A DNA stretch of 64,000 nucleotides from Promethearchaeota archaeon (GTDB lineage Archaea > Asgardarchaeota > Lokiarchaeia > Sigyniarchaeales > SOKP01). Below are positions 61,317-64,000 of this stretch, piece by piece. The notes below the pieces were generated by a model. The model made no database searches, was not told where the DNA came from, and saw only the letters and a program-made list of their open reading frames with translations. The stretch is from positions 32,001-96,000 of the forward strand of contig JAHLWS010000082.1 in assembly GCA_019057795.1 (NCBI GenBank), read 5' to 3'. The number at the start of each line of letters is the position of its first letter. The stretch's first letter is position 1. The position numbers were made by a program, and so were the translations under genes.

Positions 61317-61856
61317 TTGAGGAAATTGACGGACTATGATTATACTTGGAAGATAATGATGTTAGGTGATGCAGCTGTTGGCAAAACCTCACTCACTATC
61401 AGATATATCTCTGGATTCTTCCTTTCTGACTTAAAACTAACCATTGGAGTAGATTTTTATTCCAAAACTACCAACCATAAAGGAAAAAAAGTCAAATTAC
61501 AAATATGGGATTTTGGTGGCGAGGAACGGTTTAGGTTTCTACTCCATCAATACTGTAAGGGTGCAAATGCAGCATTCTTTTTATACGATATAACTAATCG
61601 TCTTTCGTTAGATCACTTGCCAGACTGGACTCAGATCATTCGAGAACATGCAGGAGACATTCCCATTATGTTAATTGGTTCGAAGCTTGATTTAGAGGAA
61701 TTTAGAGCTGTTCCAAGAGAAGAAGGGATATTAGCGGCCAAGAAGTATAATTTATCGACATTTATAGAACTATCCTCCAAAACGGGGGAAAATGTTGAGA
61801 ACGCGTTTGATGGTATAACAGATACTCTTTTTGAAAAATATAAACCAAATGTTTGA
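61317..61856 (+). CDS. Rab-like small GTPase
   Basis: YDYTWKIMMLGDAAVGKTS, TIGVDF, KLQIWDFGGEERFR, SKLD, ELSSK. Confidence 0.93.
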   Translation: MRKLTDYDYTWKIMMLGDAAVGKTSLTIRYISGFFLSDLKLTIGVDFYSKTTNHKGKKVKLQIWDFGGEERFRFLLHQYCKGANAAFFLYDITNRLSLDHLPDWTQIIREHAGDIPIMLIGSKLDLEEFRAVPREEGILAAKKYNLSTFIELSSKTGENVENAFDGITDTLFEKYKPNV

Positions 61857-61949
61857 GCTTGCGTATTTATTTTTTTATAACGCCTATATAAAAAAATATA
61901 GACAAATAAAGATAAATAAGAAATAATTTAGAGAGTTAATATTTAATTT

Positions 61950-63981
61950 CTTGAGTTTATAAGTTATCATTCATTCAAAACTTTTTCGCTCTCTAACTTT
62001 AAAAGATGACGTTCTCTTAGGGTGCTATAAAAAAGTTAGTGACCATAAAAAATTTAGATTAAAGGAATTCATCAAGTTTTAAAAATTTAGACAAATTCAG
62101 AGCTTCTTTTGAGATTTCAACCATTTTTTTAATACTTTTTGTAGTACCCTCATATTTTATTATAGCTAATTCGATTTCTGAGAGAGTCTCTACAATCTTA
62201 GGAAGGCTCATTTCTTTATATTTACGCCGAACTTCTCGTGTTAAGAGAGTTAAGAGCAAAAGACCGAGAACACAAGTGAAGGAATGACCCCGAATGCTAT
62301 CGTCCGTGTGACAGTATAGGGGTCTAATCGAGAGCATTGTAGGTGCTTTAATATAGGAAAATGCGCGCTCCACCGTGTATTGTTGCCTGTATAACCATGC
62401 TACTTCAAGAGGCTTCATGGTCGGATGGTTAGTAAGAATAAAAGTCTTACCAAGCGTATCTAAATGAGCACCCAATGCATCTTTATCGATTTCAACGGAA
62501 TATTTAACTTTTGCGTATTCCCCTGAAACCGAATACGTAATCCAATTGAAATATGCCTTAGTTTTTATGATGTCACGAATTTTTTTCTCGACATTTTTAG
62601 GCTTCCTCCATTTATTTACGTTTAACCTGTCCTTAAACCATTCATTCACGTCTACCAGTCGTTTTTCAAGCTTTTTCTTAAGATTGTTTTCCTGCCACTC
62701 TCTCTGATTCGGATTGTATACCGCAAAAAGTCTATGATTTTCCCCGTATTTTTTATGTTCAAATTCAAGCGCACCGACCTTCTTTCCGTTAGGGAGCGTT
62801 TCAAGGGTAAACTTACCTGCCGGCAACTTGAGAAGGTTTTTTTGCGTACTGGGACGGATTGAACAAATAAAACGAATGCCCGAATCATTAATCTGTTCAA
62901 ATGCTTTTGGAGAGATATTTCCCTTGTCAAATACCAAACATAATTCTTCGTTCTTTACACCAATATCCTTTAGTCGTTTAAAGATACGCTTTAGTTCGTC
63001 CCGAAAAAGCGGAGCGTCCTGAACGTTTCCGGGATATACCTCATGCATTATGGGAAGTCCGCCATCTTGAGTACAGAAAAGGGTTAACCCAACAAGGTTA
63101 AGTGTAAATCGCCCATCCTTAGAGCGTCCGTGGTTAGGAAGCTCCATATCGAGTTTGGGATTGATGTAAGTGAAAAAATTGGTAGGATCGTAGAATAAAG
63201 ACTTCATTTCCACACCGAATTTCGTTATGAGTTTTTCGTGAATGCGGGTTTCTATCTTATCAATAACTTCCGGAGTTAAATATTTGAAATGGTTAGTGTA
63301 CGCCATTGAATCCAAATACGTTTCAATCGGGGGAAATTCATCAAAAAGTGCGGTATGTTCAAACCACCTGCGGATTTTTGCCTTAGAAGTAGGCTTCACG
63401 CAGCGGTTTAGCGCCGCCAATACGATATAATGTCCTAATGATAATCCTTGAGCTCGTTTATTCGAGCAATCGTTGATTATTTCGATGAGATCGAGTTTTT
63501 TTATGAGTTTCATTAGAGCAAGTGGGAGCCCAAAGTCGAGAGTTGTAATAGTATATTCGGGTCTTGTCAAGGGTTTAAAGAATTCTTTTATCTTGTCTTC
63601 AGGACCAAGATATTTTTGCCATAGCCTTTTAGATTTTCCGTTGATCCAGGCTCTTTCCTCAAGATAAAGGTATGTATTACCTTTCACAATCTTTTTTACT
63701 AAAAACACCATCTATATAATATTGGGGCACAGAAATATTTAAATATAGCGGTAAAATATTTTTATATCTTAAAATTATCTTATATCAATAAACGCTGGTT
63801 GGTGACCATGATAACAAAATAAACCATATCGTCATTTAACATATGAATAAGGTGAAATTTTAATTTGGGTGGTATGCAGATCTTAAAAAAGTATTCCCGA
63901 AAAATAAAAAGATTTGTCGGTAATAAATATTGAATAAATTTAAGAAAAAATTTTAAAAAAAGAATAACTTATAAACTCAAG
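61950..63981 (-). mobile_element. IS1634-family insertion sequence, complete (2032 bp)
   Basis: 18-bp perfect TIR CTTGAGTTTATAAGTTAT (61950-61967 / 63964-63981); 5-bp TSD AATTT (61945-61949 / 63982-63986). Confidence 0.93.
62059..63711 (-). CDS. IS1634-family DDE transposase
   Basis: YLYL....W.NGK.....KYLG, YDPTNF, GRSKD.R, PGN..D, VFDKG, Y.....VE.AF..IK...IRP......IRGH...C. Confidence 0.92.
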   Translation of the reverse strand: MVFLVKKIVKGNTYLYLEERAWINGKSKRLWQKYLGPEDKIKEFFKPLTRPEYTITTLDFGLPLALMKLIKKLDLIEIINDCSNKRAQGLSLGHYIVLAALNRCVKPTSKAKIRRWFEHTALFDEFPPIETYLDSMAYTNHFKYLTPEVIDKIETRIHEKLITKFGVEMKSLFYDPTNFFTYINPKLDMELPNHGRSKDGRFTLNLVGLTLFCTQDGGLPIMHEVYPGNVQDAPLFRDELKRIFKRLKDIGVKNEELCLVFDKGNISPKAFEQINDSGIRFICSIRPSTQKNLLKLPAGKFTLETLPNGKKVGALEFEHKKYGENHRLFAVYNPNQREWQENNLKKKLEKRLVDVNEWFKDRLNVNKWRKPKNVEKKIRDIIKTKAYFNWITYSVSGEYAKVKYSVEIDKDALGAHLDTLGKTFILTNHPTMKPLEVAWLYRQQYTVERAFSYIKAPTMLSIRPLYCHTDDSIRGHSFTCVLGLLLLTLLTREVRRKYKEMSLPKIVETLSEIELAIIKYEGTTKSIKKMVEISKEALNLSKFLKLDEFL

Positions 63982-64000
63982 AATTTATATTTTATTAAAA

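Overview
AT-rich archaeal chromosomal segment, almost certainly from an Asgard archaeon of the Lokiarchaeia type. This is inferred from a Rag-like and two Rab-like GTPases, two roadblock proteins, an ESCRT-III/Snf7 protein and a eukaryote-like presenilin, alongside mch, NurA, XPD and the archaeal pus10-rpl21e-rpo4-DUF655-ksgA-hemK cluster. It also carries the glycine cleavage operon, glycogen enzymes, a small DUF4386/MDR-dehydrogenase island and two IS elements: an IS1634 with exact TIRs and a 5-bp TSD, and a Mutator/IS256-like element. The best candidate for an undescribed system is at 1-4533. There a winged-helix DNA-binding domain is fused to a degenerate HdrA-MvhD, and it is translationally coupled to a group-3-type [NiFe]-hydrogenase. 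The large subunit has two hallmarks of H2-sensing hydrogenases (Gln instead of His after the L1 CxxC, and no cleavable C-terminal tail), suggesting a one-complex H2/redox-sensing transcription regulator. Other notable items: a uDENN/longin-like gene overlapping a RagA-like GTPase; a Zn-finger/PH/steadiness-box-like protein facing an orphan ESCRT-III gene; repeated GGTGA-N6-ATA/ATT non-canonical starts; and a duplication-like scar stacking two different MFS alleles. No rRNA, tRNA or CRISPR array was recognised. All calls are from motif reading by eye; no searches were run.
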